A stretch of 64,000 nt of DNA from positions 186,001 through 250,000 of the IMG/VR virus record IMGVR_UViG_3300028840_008160, one strand, 5' to 3'. Under the pieces are notes generated by a model. It was given only the letters and a program-made list of their open reading frames with translations, ran no database searches and had not been told where the DNA came from. Each line of letters opens with the position of its first letter. Within the stretch, counting starts at the first letter, position 1. Below, one piece after another: positions 49,934 to 58,744 of the stretch. Both the position numbers and the translations under genes were made by a program.

Positions 49934-51379
49934 ATGGCTACAAGATTCAAAGAACGAAAAGTTAAGCCGGGTGACAAAGATTATGATCCACAGCAATGTG
50001 GATTTACAGAAACTAAGAAGTTCAAGGTTCTTCATTGTAGTAATGTCGAAGGCAATAACAATAAATTTTATTGCATTGAATTGCAGTATAATCCATCAAC
50101 AAGTTGTTATAGACTATTCTCTCATTATGGTCGACTCGTAACATCTGAAGTGTTTGGCATTCGTGATTACGATTATATTTCAAATGGGACAATTAAAGAT
50201 TCATCTTATCTTGAGACTGAAATGGATTCAATTGTTAAGAAGAAACTTCGTGGCAAAACCATTAAAGATAAAGATACAAATCAAGAGTGGCGGGAAAACT
50301 ACGAAGAAGTTGAAACATTTGCACCAACAGTTGGATCTTCAAACATTCGCGGAAAATCAAGTACTGTTACAACTAAAACAGCTGTGATTGACACATCGAC
50401 TATATCTAACAAGAAAATTATTCGTATTATTGACCAAGTTGTGAATGAAAATATTCACAATATTACGTCTGTAACAACACTAACACTGACATCTAATGGT
50501 TTTGAAACTCCACTTGGTCCTGTAACAAAAGAACATGTACAACGAGCAAGAACAGCATTAGATTCCATGAAGGCTGAATTGAAAGACGATAAGCTTAGTA
50601 GTTCATCGTCGGCTGTGATTAAAGGTAATAATTTATACTATTCATTAATTCCGCACGAGTTTGGCCGAAAGATTACTGAAGCTGATTGGATTCTTGATTC
50701 TGCAAAACTTATTGAAGAATATGATTTGCTTGATCAGCTTGAGTCTGCTGTTCAAATGGGTGCTGCGCTTAATCAAAGTGCTTCGCAACGAATGAATGCG
50801 CTTGGTATTGATTTTGATGAACTTACTGATGATCAGGAATTTAAACGTTTAGAAAATTATGTTCATCAATCAAAAGCGTCAAACCATCGAAGTTTAGATG
50901 TTTGGGGTTGGAAAGTTAAGAATATCTTCACTGTAAAAATACCTAAAGAAAGACAACGTTTCGAACCAGTGGCAAAACGACTTGGTAATGTTAAAGAACT
51001 TTTTCATGGTTCTCGAAATTGTAATATTCTAAGTATTTTGTCGAATGGATTAATTATTCCTCCATGTCATGCTGGTCATGTAACTGGTCGATTGTATGGC
51101 AATGGAATTTATGGTGCACATCACAGTACTAAATCGTTAAATTATTCAACTGGTTGGTGGTCAGGATCGCGAAATAAATATGACAATGCTTTTCTGTTTG
51201 TTGTCAAATTTGCAATGGGTAACACTTATATAGTAAAACATCATAGTGGCGGACCGCCTCGTGGTTATGATAGTTTATGGGCAAAATCAAGTCCTGGTGG
51301 TTTATATAATGATGAATATATTGTTTATACATTACCACAAGCGACAATAACTCATTTGATTGAAATGGCAAAAAGATGA
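49934..51379 (+). CDS. WGR-domain PARP-like ADP-ribosyltransferase
   Basis: NNNKFY.IEL...LFSHYGR (WGR); NLYYSLIPH regulatory helix; LFHGS...SIL..GL, GRLYGNGIY.A...KSLNY, LYNDEYIVY (H-Y-E triad). Confidence 0.9.
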   Translation: MATRFKERKVKPGDKDYDPQQCGFTETKKFKVLHCSNVEGNNNKFYCIELQYNPSTSCYRLFSHYGRLVTSEVFGIRDYDYISNGTIKDSSYLETEMDSIVKKKLRGKTIKDKDTNQEWRENYEEVETFAPTVGSSNIRGKSSTVTTKTAVIDTSTISNKKIIRIIDQVVNENIHNITSVTTLTLTSNGFETPLGPVTKEHVQRARTALDSMKAELKDDKLSSSSSAVIKGNNLYYSLIPHEFGRKITEADWILDSAKLIEEYDLLDQLESAVQMGAALNQSASQRMNALGIDFDELTDDQEFKRLENYVHQSKASNHRSLDVWGWKVKNIFTVKIPKERQRFEPVAKRLGNVKELFHGSRNCNILSILSNGLIIPPCHAGHVTGRLYGNGIYGAHHSTKSLNYSTGWWSGSRNKYDNAFLFVVKFAMGNTYIVKHHSGGPPRGYDSLWAKSSPGGLYNDEYIVYTLPQATITHLIEMAKR

Positions 51380-51392
51380 AAGGAGATGCATT

Positions 51393-52052
51393 ATGAATGA
51401 TGTCATAAAAGCAAAAGTCGCTGACATGATGCAAAAGCAAGTGATGTTTACGTCTGTTAATATTTGTAATGCGATAAAGACAGATGGGACGTGGTTTTCT
51501 AATCGTGACGTAGCTAAATGGCTAAGACAAAATTTTGCAGAGTTAAATGATGACTTGAATGCAGATTACATTGCTACGCAGATTTCTGTAAATGGTAGTT
51601 CGTCTGCCAATTTGTATCATCATTTTTCTGCTGATTCTGACAACTATACTGATCGAGGGTTAAAAGCAATTACGCCGGCTGAGTTTAAAATGATGCATGG
51701 TAGAGATCCTTTTGCAGCACAGTCAAAGCCGGTAGCAAAAGCTGCAGTAAAGACTATGCGTGTCATGAAGCAAGTCACTTCTTCTTCAACACGATGCATT
51801 CATGAATTCAAGCGTGGTAGAATTCGAGTTCCTGGAGCATTTGTAAAAGCCATTGGTTTAAAACCGGGCAGTACAATTGATGTCTCTAAGTTTATGCTTA
51901 ATAAAACTGATTTATCAGACAAACTTAAAGTTCATAACGATGGTAGAGTAAGTGTACCTCGCAAATGTCTTGATTTTAAGGGTATGAAAGACAAAGGTCA
52001 ATCTGTTGAAATTTTTGTTAAAGACAATCTTATCGGTTTCAACGTAGTGTGA
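51393..52052 (+). CDS. hypothetical protein, possible AbrB-like C-terminal domain
   Basis: AAGGAG RBS; GRIRVP..F.KAIGLKPG and DGRVSVP motifs. Confidence 0.55.
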   Translation: MNDVIKAKVADMMQKQVMFTSVNICNAIKTDGTWFSNRDVAKWLRQNFAELNDDLNADYIATQISVNGSSSANLYHHFSADSDNYTDRGLKAITPAEFKMMHGRDPFAAQSKPVAKAAVKTMRVMKQVTSSSTRCIHEFKRGRIRVPGAFVKAIGLKPGSTIDVSKFMLNKTDLSDKLKVHNDGRVSVPRKCLDFKGMKDKGQSVEIFVKDNLIGFNVV

Positions 52053-52075
52053 TTTTAATTTAACACTGACTTTAT

Positions 52076-52106
52076 AAGCTGTACAAATTGTACAGCTTTC
52101 TTTTTG
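52076..52106 (+). terminator. intrinsic terminator
   Basis: aagctgtaca-aat-tgtacagctt followed by tcttttt. Confidence 0.75.
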
Positions 52107-52151
52107 CTTAAATTTTGAAATAAAAAAAGTCTATAGTTACTTGGAGATATT

Positions 52152-52769
52152 ATGACTGAAAAAGTACGACTGTATTTTTACAGAGAAAATGATGTACTTA
52201 AGAAATACACTTATTGTTCTTTATGTGGTGCAGGACCTTTTACTGAATCTGAAAAACATCGAGGCGAAATTAAACATTTGGCTGGGGATAGAGGGTCTGA
52301 GATTAACTATTGCAGACAATGCATGTTTAATCAAGGTTTATTAGTTGATATAAAAGACGAAAAAATAATTGAACAACAGATGCTTAAGACTGTTTCAAAT
52401 GAAGATGTTAGTATAAAAACTACAGTCAAACAAGAGATTAAACAACAAACATCAGTACCACAAAATGGATCATTATTTGTTTATATGATGGAAGGGGCAG
52501 ATGGAATTCTATTTTGTCATTTTGGTCGTGATATAGAAGAACATATTAAAGATGTTAATAAAGGAACTGTTAAACATGCCGGTATTAGATTGACTTCTTA
52601 TCCATTTGTATTAGTTTATAAACGTGCAGTGAATGATGAGATTGAAGCAACATCATTCGTTAAAATTATTAGAACATTACCAAAAGCATTTAAGGTAGCG
52701 TTGATTGATAATTATAAGAAATCGATTATGCAATCAATTAAAATGAAGGAGGATGAAAATGAATATTAG
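52152..52769 (+). CDS. hypothetical protein (zinc finger plus degenerate GIY-YIG-like domain, tentative)
   Basis: CSLC...CRQC; FVYMME..DG.L+...P..LVY...A....K.I+.L....K..LI. Confidence 0.45.
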   Translation: MTEKVRLYFYRENDVLKKYTYCSLCGAGPFTESEKHRGEIKHLAGDRGSEINYCRQCMFNQGLLVDIKDEKIIEQQMLKTVSNEDVSIKTTVKQEIKQQTSVPQNGSLFVYMMEGADGILFCHFGRDIEEHIKDVNKGTVKHAGIRLTSYPFVLVYKRAVNDEIEATSFVKIIRTLPKAFKVALIDNYKKSIMQSIKMKEDENEY

Positions 52770-53499
52770 TGGGCTTAACATCAAATCATCTGATGGATCA
52801 CATAATCGACCTGTAAAAGAAATAGTGAAATTGCCAAAAGATTTAATGATTGTCATATGTCTTCCTGGATCAAATTTTTCTGCTACATTTCTTAAATGTA
52901 TACTTAATACAGTAGTTTGGTTTATGGAAAACGGAATTAAATTTGTAATTTCGCAACATGAATCAAGTGTTGTATACTTTGTTCGAAATTTATGTCTTGG
53001 CGCTCATGTTTGTCGCGGGATTCATCAAAAACCGTTTAATGGCGAATTTAAATACTCGCATATTTTATGGATTGATTCAGACTCTGTTTGGGACCCACAG
53101 CAACATATTTTACCTTTAATATTACGAGATGTTGATGTTGTTGGTGGCGTATACCCGCTAGCTAATAGACAATCATATGCTGTCGTTACAAATTGGGACA
53201 AGTCGCATTATAAGAAACATGGCATTTTCCCGTTTCTTACAATAAAAGATATTGAAAGAAAAACTGATCTGATAGAAGCATACTATATTGGATTTGGTTT
53301 AACGTTAATGAAATATGGAGTGATGGAATCTCTTGAATATCCATGGTTTAAACAGATTGAAACGCCGATATCAAAAGAAATATGTGATATGGCAGGTGAA
53401 GATGTTAGTTGCTGTTTACGTTTGCGAGAAAAAGGATTCAAAATATGGGCGGATCCAACAGTTCGTGTTGGACACGAGAAACGTCAAATATTAGTCTAG
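52753..53499 (+). CDS. GT-A (family 2-like) glycosyltransferase
   Basis: HILWIDSD DxD motif, VVGGVY, GFGLTLMK, GEDVSCC.R....GF.IW.DP...VGH.K. Confidence 0.8.
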   Translation: MKMNISGLNIKSSDGSHNRPVKEIVKLPKDLMIVICLPGSNFSATFLKCILNTVVWFMENGIKFVISQHESSVVYFVRNLCLGAHVCRGIHQKPFNGEFKYSHILWIDSDSVWDPQQHILPLILRDVDVVGGVYPLANRQSYAVVTNWDKSHYKKHGIFPFLTIKDIERKTDLIEAYYIGFGLTLMKYGVMESLEYPWFKQIETPISKEICDMAGEDVSCCLRLREKGFKIWADPTVRVGHEKRQILV

Positions 53500-53667
53500 T
53501 TAAATCACGGTTTATTTCTAGTGGTAAAATGATATCATTGGATGGACATACATATTTTGTGAACGAAGATGATTATGACAAAATATTAAAAGGCGATATA
53601 AATATTCGACAATTAACAAGACACGAACTTATAAATGAGTTTTTACATTTAGAAGAATGAGGTTGTT

Positions 53668-54021
53668 ATGTATGAATATAAAGCGACCGTCATGCGCATC
53701 ATTGATGGTGATACAATTGAAGTTGTTATTGATCTTGGGTTTTTTGTTACTATTAAACAAACAGTAAGATTTGCAAGAATTGATGCATATGAAATTAAAA
53801 AATATGCAGGTGTAACAGATGAAGAAAAAGCAAAGGGAATTGAAGGGAAAAATTATCTAGAATCATTGTTATTGAATAGAGAAATTCGAGTTGTAACAGT
53901 TAAAGATCAAGGAAAATATGGTCGATATATAGCTGATGTATTTTTGGATGAAGATGGTATGAATATTAACGTCAATGACGAGATGGTTAAATTAGGGTTT
54001 GCGCAATATGTTAAATACTGA
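53668..54021 (+). CDS. thermonuclease (SNase-like)
   Basis: RIIDGDTI....DLGF...VRF..IDAYE, GKYGRYIA, VND.MV..G.A. Confidence 0.9.
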   Translation: MYEYKATVMRIIDGDTIEVVIDLGFFVTIKQTVRFARIDAYEIKKYAGVTDEEKAKGIEGKNYLESLLLNREIRVVTVKDQGKYGRYIADVFLDEDGMNINVNDEMVKLGFAQYVKY

Positions 54022-54096
54022 ACTATGATATCTATTGTGATTAAATTAAAGGATGGTCAAGATTGTCAATGAATTTATTGATGGTTATGAAGCAAA

Positions 54097-54597
54097 ATGA
54101 AAAAATATTTAGTTTGGTTGTTCAAATTCTTTTGTTCACGAAAATTAAAAACGTTAAATGATAGCCCATATGACGAGAAGTCTTTTGGATTCGTACAACA
54201 ATTAGAAGGCAAAAAAGTGAGAGTGTTATACATCAATGAAATTATTAAAGAAAATATTCAGCGAATGATTAAAAACGCTGAAGCGAATAAAATAGACATT
54301 AATCAAATGAGAAAAATATCAGAAGGTTTATTACCAGCTGTTGGTTACGATGCTAATTTTACATGCAATATTGAACATGGATTTAAAGTAGTATTTAGTA
54401 TTGAGCAACAATTAGATAAAAATTGGTATAGACATATGTCGGTTTCCATAAATGATAAATCCAAGTTACCAAGTATACCTGCTGTTGAATTGTTAATGCA
54501 AGAATTTGGATTTATTGGTGGTATACATGATTGTGATCATGTATGGATCGAACGAAATATTTCACCTATGGCTGTAAATATTATACAAAAGAGGTAG
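54097..54597 (+). CDS. hypothetical protein
   Basis: RHMSVS...LPS motif. Confidence 0.55.
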   Translation: MKKYLVWLFKFFCSRKLKTLNDSPYDEKSFGFVQQLEGKKVRVLYINEIIKENIQRMIKNAEANKIDINQMRKISEGLLPAVGYDANFTCNIEHGFKVVFSIEQQLDKNWYRHMSVSINDKSKLPSIPAVELLMQEFGFIGGIHDCDHVWIERNISPMAVNIIQKR

Positions 54598-54747
54598 TAT
54601 GATCGAACATATTCGCGTGCCTATTAAAGGTGTGTTAGCAGGAGATAACTCTATAAACAATGCACTGGCTAAATATGGTAAGCGAGCAGTTGATGTAATT
54701 AGTATAACTGTTGTAGGTGAAGAATTTGTTGTTTTTTATAGAGAAGA

Positions 54748-55431
54748 TTAATATACATCTGCTAGGATCATGTAATTCTTTTTATCAACAATTTCTGGCG
54801 AAGTAGCAGCAGCCCATTGATCAATCGCGTTTGAAATCTCATCTTTACGATTCGCTAATATTCTTTTCATATTATTGTCATTTGTCATTAGATCAAATTG
54901 TTCAACTGGTATTTGTGGCTCTTTGATTTTTGGAGCCGGTACATGTCTAATGAGTTCGTCAAACTTTTTTCTATCGCATAAAGCTCGTATAATTAGATTA
55001 TGCAATTTGTTTTTGTTACCGTATGTTTTTGCGTTTAGCTTAGCTTTTTTTAGTTCAATAATTCGGTAGTCATTTTTTTCTCGTAGATTCATTAACTGGT
55101 CTCGAATCATTTTTCTATATGTTTCAGCGTCGTTTTTTATCATATCATATACGGATTTTATTGTTTTTGCAAATGTAGCTTTTGCCGCTGGTGTCATGTC
55201 ATTTGCAAAGTTACTTAAAGTTTTGAGTAAGTTTGATCCTACAACGCCTGCCTGTATAATTTTATCAATTTTTTCATAAGCTGGTTTATACTTCTCTTGC
55301 TCCTGCAATGACAACGATCTGATTTTGACGCGATTGCGTTGGCCTGTTGGTGTTATGTGCCATACGAATCTATCTCTCCAGTTCATAGCAAGCTTTAGAA
55401 ATTCAGCTTGAATTTGAGCTAAATGTTTCAT
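54748..55431 (-). CDS. hypothetical protein with shared N-terminal leader
   Basis: MKHLAQIQAEFLKLA start; AAGGA RBS. Confidence 0.7.
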   Translation of the reverse strand: MKHLAQIQAEFLKLAMNWRDRFVWHITPTGQRNRVKIRSLSLQEQEKYKPAYEKIDKIIQAGVVGSNLLKTLSNFANDMTPAAKATFAKTIKSVYDMIKNDAETYRKMIRDQLMNLREKNDYRIIELKKAKLNAKTYGNKNKLHNLIIRALCDRKKFDELIRHVPAPKIKEPQIPVEQFDLMTNDNNMKRILANRKDEISNAIDQWAAATSPEIVDKKNYMILADVY

Positions 55432-55738
55432 TTCATCGTCCTTCTGACTGATTATAAAAACTATTCACTATTATATTGCGATAGATAAAAACACAATTAA
55501 ACTGTTGAAAGTAAATGCGTTGATTATGACAACATACAATTATAACAGAATAGCGGCCGCATGATTGCGTTTGATGAATTCAAACGCAGACAATTGATTG
55601 AGGCAATTGTCAACTTACCATTATTTGCTGACGGCATTCAAATCAATGCCGGTGCAGAACTAACTATTATAGAAATAATCCCACTGAACGAAAACGTGTT
55701 AAGCATGTCAGTTAAAAACTTAACGTGAGGAGTATCAT

Positions 55739-56869
55739 ATGTTACAGAAAAAAGTTGCTAGCACACTAGTAAATGTGCTCGACACACCAAGAATGCAAAC
55801 CATTCTTGACAAATCACAACCTATACAACCTGTTATTGATGAATTGACAAGTCATTGGAGTTATGATTTGTATTCAAGGAAACCTGGGGCTGCTTATACA
55901 AACGACGGTATTTTTGTTGGTACTGATCTTGATCTTGCTTGTTTTCTTTTTGCTTTGGCTGAACGCGGCGCAGTCATTAACATTCCAAAATATACAAGTC
56001 GTCGACCAAAGCAAGTGACTGAGGGCGAAATTATTACTTCAGCAGACAATCGTCACGGTAAAATTCTTAGCGTTTTGGCTAATAAAGAAAATTCTTCTTT
56101 TTCAATTCGCATTAATGATGCAAATGTTATGACGACAGATTCTGTCGGTAATTTCCGAAATTTTATGCTTGTTGATGTTGACGGTACATGGTATGATGGT
56201 TGGGCTACAATTGAGTTTATACCGGATGCCAAAGAGAATGATTTTTTGAAGAACAACAATCTTTGGTCAGGCAATTCTGTAGTTTTTAAGAATTTTATTC
56301 ATCCTAATCGGTGGATTTCGTTTTTTGGTCAACATTATTTTGCAACCAAAGTGTTGCTTGATCGACTTACTGATGAAGCCAAATTTCTCAAAGATGTTGC
56401 TAAAATTATGAGAGAACGAGGAATTAAAATTGGTGGCAATGGTGTAGAAAAAAAACAATGGCCAAAGAAAACTGTTGTCGGAGAACAGCAGAGCATTAAA
56501 GTAGATGTGATTGAAGCTGAAGTCGAGTATCCTGCATTTACAGGTGATTATCCTAATCCTGTTAGTCCAATGTTGCCACAATATTCAGGATCAAGTGATT
56601 CAGAATTATTGAAAGCTGTGGAAGATCGTTCAAGATCGCTGACATATTCAATCATTCCTAAGTTACGGTTTGCTACTCGTGCAACTGAATTTGCTTTTAT
56701 GAAGCATGGCGACAAGGGATTAAAGATGCCGTCGTGGATTGAAAATTCACGATGGGATCGATTATATGTGCAAAAGGGCAAAAAGAAAGTATGGAGTAGA
56801 ATGGTTTTTACAAGAGGAATTGCTCTTCGATATCGCGTATTTCAGAAGAGTGAGATTGTAGCAAAATGA
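55739..56869 (+). CDS. hypothetical protein
   Basis: 376-aa ORF; GAGGAG RBS. Confidence 0.7.
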   Translation: MLQKKVASTLVNVLDTPRMQTILDKSQPIQPVIDELTSHWSYDLYSRKPGAAYTNDGIFVGTDLDLACFLFALAERGAVINIPKYTSRRPKQVTEGEIITSADNRHGKILSVLANKENSSFSIRINDANVMTTDSVGNFRNFMLVDVDGTWYDGWATIEFIPDAKENDFLKNNNLWSGNSVVFKNFIHPNRWISFFGQHYFATKVLLDRLTDEAKFLKDVAKIMRERGIKIGGNGVEKKQWPKKTVVGEQQSIKVDVIEAEVEYPAFTGDYPNPVSPMLPQYSGSSDSELLKAVEDRSRSLTYSIIPKLRFATRATEFAFMKHGDKGLKMPSWIENSRWDRLYVQKGKKKVWSRMVFTRGIALRYRVFQKSEIVAK

Positions 56870-57306
56870 ATCAACAATCTGATGACAAGAGCTCTGCGAC
56901 ATATTTCGCAGAGCTCTTAACTGGCACAAATGTTGATAAAGCGAGCGAATTATATAAGGCTCGTTTTTGTGCAATGCTGTCTTTAGTTAATTTTCGTTTG
57001 ATTCATAATTTGTTAAAGACTAAGTTTAGAGACACATCGCACGAAGAGGAGGTAAATACATTACCTAAGTTAATTGTTGACGTGTGGAAAGAAAGTGAAA
57101 TTGAATTATTGCGAACTGAGTTTGAAGAATATTCTAAACATATGGATTCAGCTTTGGGTCAATTGTTTAAAGGTTTGACAGGCTCACCAGATGATGTTAT
57201 GAAAAAACGTATTGCAAAGATAGTTGATGTTGCTAACATAATAACTGAATCATTAACAAAATCAAGCGGGTTTACTTTTGAGAAAAAAGATGAATCAAAA
57301 CAGTGA
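56866..57306 (+). CDS. hypothetical protein
   Basis: ATGA coupling. Confidence 0.6.
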   Translation: MNQQSDDKSSATYFAELLTGTNVDKASELYKARFCAMLSLVNFRLIHNLLKTKFRDTSHEEEVNTLPKLIVDVWKESEIELLRTEFEEYSKHMDSALGQLFKGLTGSPDDVMKKRIAKIVDVANIITESLTKSSGFTFEKKDESKQ

Positions 57307-57505
57307 TATTAAAGTGACTAGTGATCCTGATGACGACAGCGTTTTGCATGTTTCATTTACACTAAGACCAAATTATTCCATTAAAGGAAAAATGGGATTT
57401 CTTACTAAGAATGGTTCATTTATGTCTATGGACATGTTGCGAAAGTCTATTGAAAAAACTAAAAGTGCGGATCAAATTTTTTCAATTGGGACGAAATTAG
57501 AATGA
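57278..57505 (+). CDS. hypothetical protein
   Basis: 75-aa ORF. Confidence 0.5.
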   Translation: MRKKMNQNSDIKVTSDPDDDSVLHVSFTLRPNYSIKGKMGFLTKNGSFMSMDMLRKSIEKTKSADQIFSIGTKLE

Positions 57506-57645
57506 TTTTAGTTACTGGTGTGGCAGGTTTTATTGGCTATCATGTGGCTAAGGAATTACTAGAGCAGAGTAGAGAGCTAGTACTCTCGTACGCGGGCCCA
57601 GATTGCAGACTGTCTACGCTTGCAAACTTTCAGCCTAGGCCCTAA
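57502..57645 (+). pseudogene. N-terminal fragment of an NAD-dependent epimerase/dehydratase, truncated
   Basis: MILVTGVAGFIGYHVAKELLE is the TGxxGFIG Rossmann start; ATGA-coupled to the upstream gene; similarity stops where the GC-rich island begins and a stop follows after 47 codons. Confidence 0.8.
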
Positions 57646-57843
57646 CAAACTGCTTACTTGCTCTTGCTGAGTCTGCAGTCTATTGTCTCTATCGTCAGCA
57701 TATAGCTTATGCCGACTGTCTCAACAGCTGGCGCACTAACTGCCCTACAATAGCCGCCCTCTAGTCAGCGTGTAAGAGAGGATAGGGTGCCACTTAACAG
57801 CATATGTTCAATGACATCGACAGTATTACTCTGAGTGGACACT
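57561..57843 (-). ncRNA. GC-rich non-coding island, candidate structured RNA or foreign insert
   Basis: about 49% GC (138/280 by hand count) against an AT-rich background; several stems that gain G-U pairs on the minus strand; possible pseudoknot. Confidence 0.45.
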
Positions 57844-58557
57844 TTAGAACGCTGATGCCGGTTTGATATCTAAGTATCTTTCAAGATGTATTGGTTCATT
57901 AAGATTTTCTACATGCACATCTGCGTAAACAGTAAACTCACCCCATACTACTAAATCTAGTTTAAAATTTTCGTCTTTGTTTGTCATCTCTCTGACTGGT
58001 GGTTTGAACGTTTCATGTAAATGATATACGACTTTAGTGATTTTGCTGTATGTATCTTGGTCGTGAGCTAATGTTTCTATTCGAATTCTAAAATGTCTGC
58101 GGCGGTTTACTATACGTTCAAACGCTGAATAATGTGTCAAGTATATTAGTTTTGAATAACGTTCTATAAGTTCTTGCGTCAACTGTTTTTGGGATGCCTG
58201 TGGTAGTATTGATTGATTTGTTTTTTCTACAATTGTTGGTTTACCAATTACGATTTTTGGTGGGCTTTTAGGATTTGATTTGACAGGTGCATCTGTGACT
58301 TCTAATTGTTGTTCTATTTCTTTAACTTCGTCTTTGATTTTTGTAATAGTTGTGTCTTTAGCATCTAGATTTGGAATTTCACCAAGTTCAAAATATTGAC
58401 CGATTTTAACGTTACTACCCATTAGAATTCTTTGTTTTAATGCATCAAGAACATCTTTTGACAACAATATCAGAATTACGATAAATATTGGCCAAATAAG
58501 TTTGCTAATTAAAGGAAGTATCAATTCCCACGTTTTTGTTTTTTCAGTCGGTAACAT
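57844..58557 (-). CDS. membrane-anchored prokaryotic YEATS (pYEATS) domain protein
   Basis: N-terminal LIWP hydrophobic helix; I.KV.YHLH.TF..P.R....F.L...WGEF...A.V...LERYL. Confidence 0.75.
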   Translation of the reverse strand: MLPTEKTKTWELILPLISKLIWPIFIVILILLSKDVLDALKQRILMGSNVKIGQYFELGEIPNLDAKDTTITKIKDEVKEIEQQLEVTDAPVKSNPKSPPKIVIGKPTIVEKTNQSILPQASQKQLTQELIERYSKLIYLTHYSAFERIVNRRRHFRIRIETLAHDQDTYSKITKVVYHLHETFKPPVREMTNKDENFKLDLVVWGEFTVYADVHVENLNEPIHLERYLDIKPASAF

Positions 58558-58744
58558 TAATAGCCTTCTTTTTTAATAACGATTTATGATATGCTAATAA
58601 TGATTTGCGTGTTGATTTGATGTGCTTCCGCCAATTGCAACTTGATCGCAAACAAACTTTTGCTAATCCTTTAGTTTGACCGTTGTAGCATAGTATTGAT
58701 TTGTGCAATCCAAGACGACATAATAAATTTTTCATTACGACCAC
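58544..58744 (-). CDS. small hypothetical protein
   Basis: LLCRLGLH...C...C motif. Confidence 0.5.
   Translation of the reverse strand: MVVMKNLLCRLGLHKSILCYNGQTKGLAKVCLRSSCNWRKHIKSTRKSLLAYHKSLLKKKAINVTD

Noticed and set aside
77-57000. Many short minus-strand and nested alternative-frame ORFs in the ORF track (e.g. 288-530, 8026-8250, 12029-12388, 22740-23126, 35611-35919, 39201-39458)
   Set aside because: They overlap well-supported genes and read as antisense or out-of-frame shadows of biased codon usage
57502-57843. GC-rich island as a group I intron in the epimerase gene
   Set aside because: No downstream epimerase exon (the next sequence is a convergent gene), and the stem order does not fit the P3/P7 core
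57561-57843. GC-rich island as tmRNA, RNase P RNA or a protein-coding gene
   Set aside because: No tRNA-like ends or CCA, no P4 consensus, and no ORF of 60 aa or more in the track
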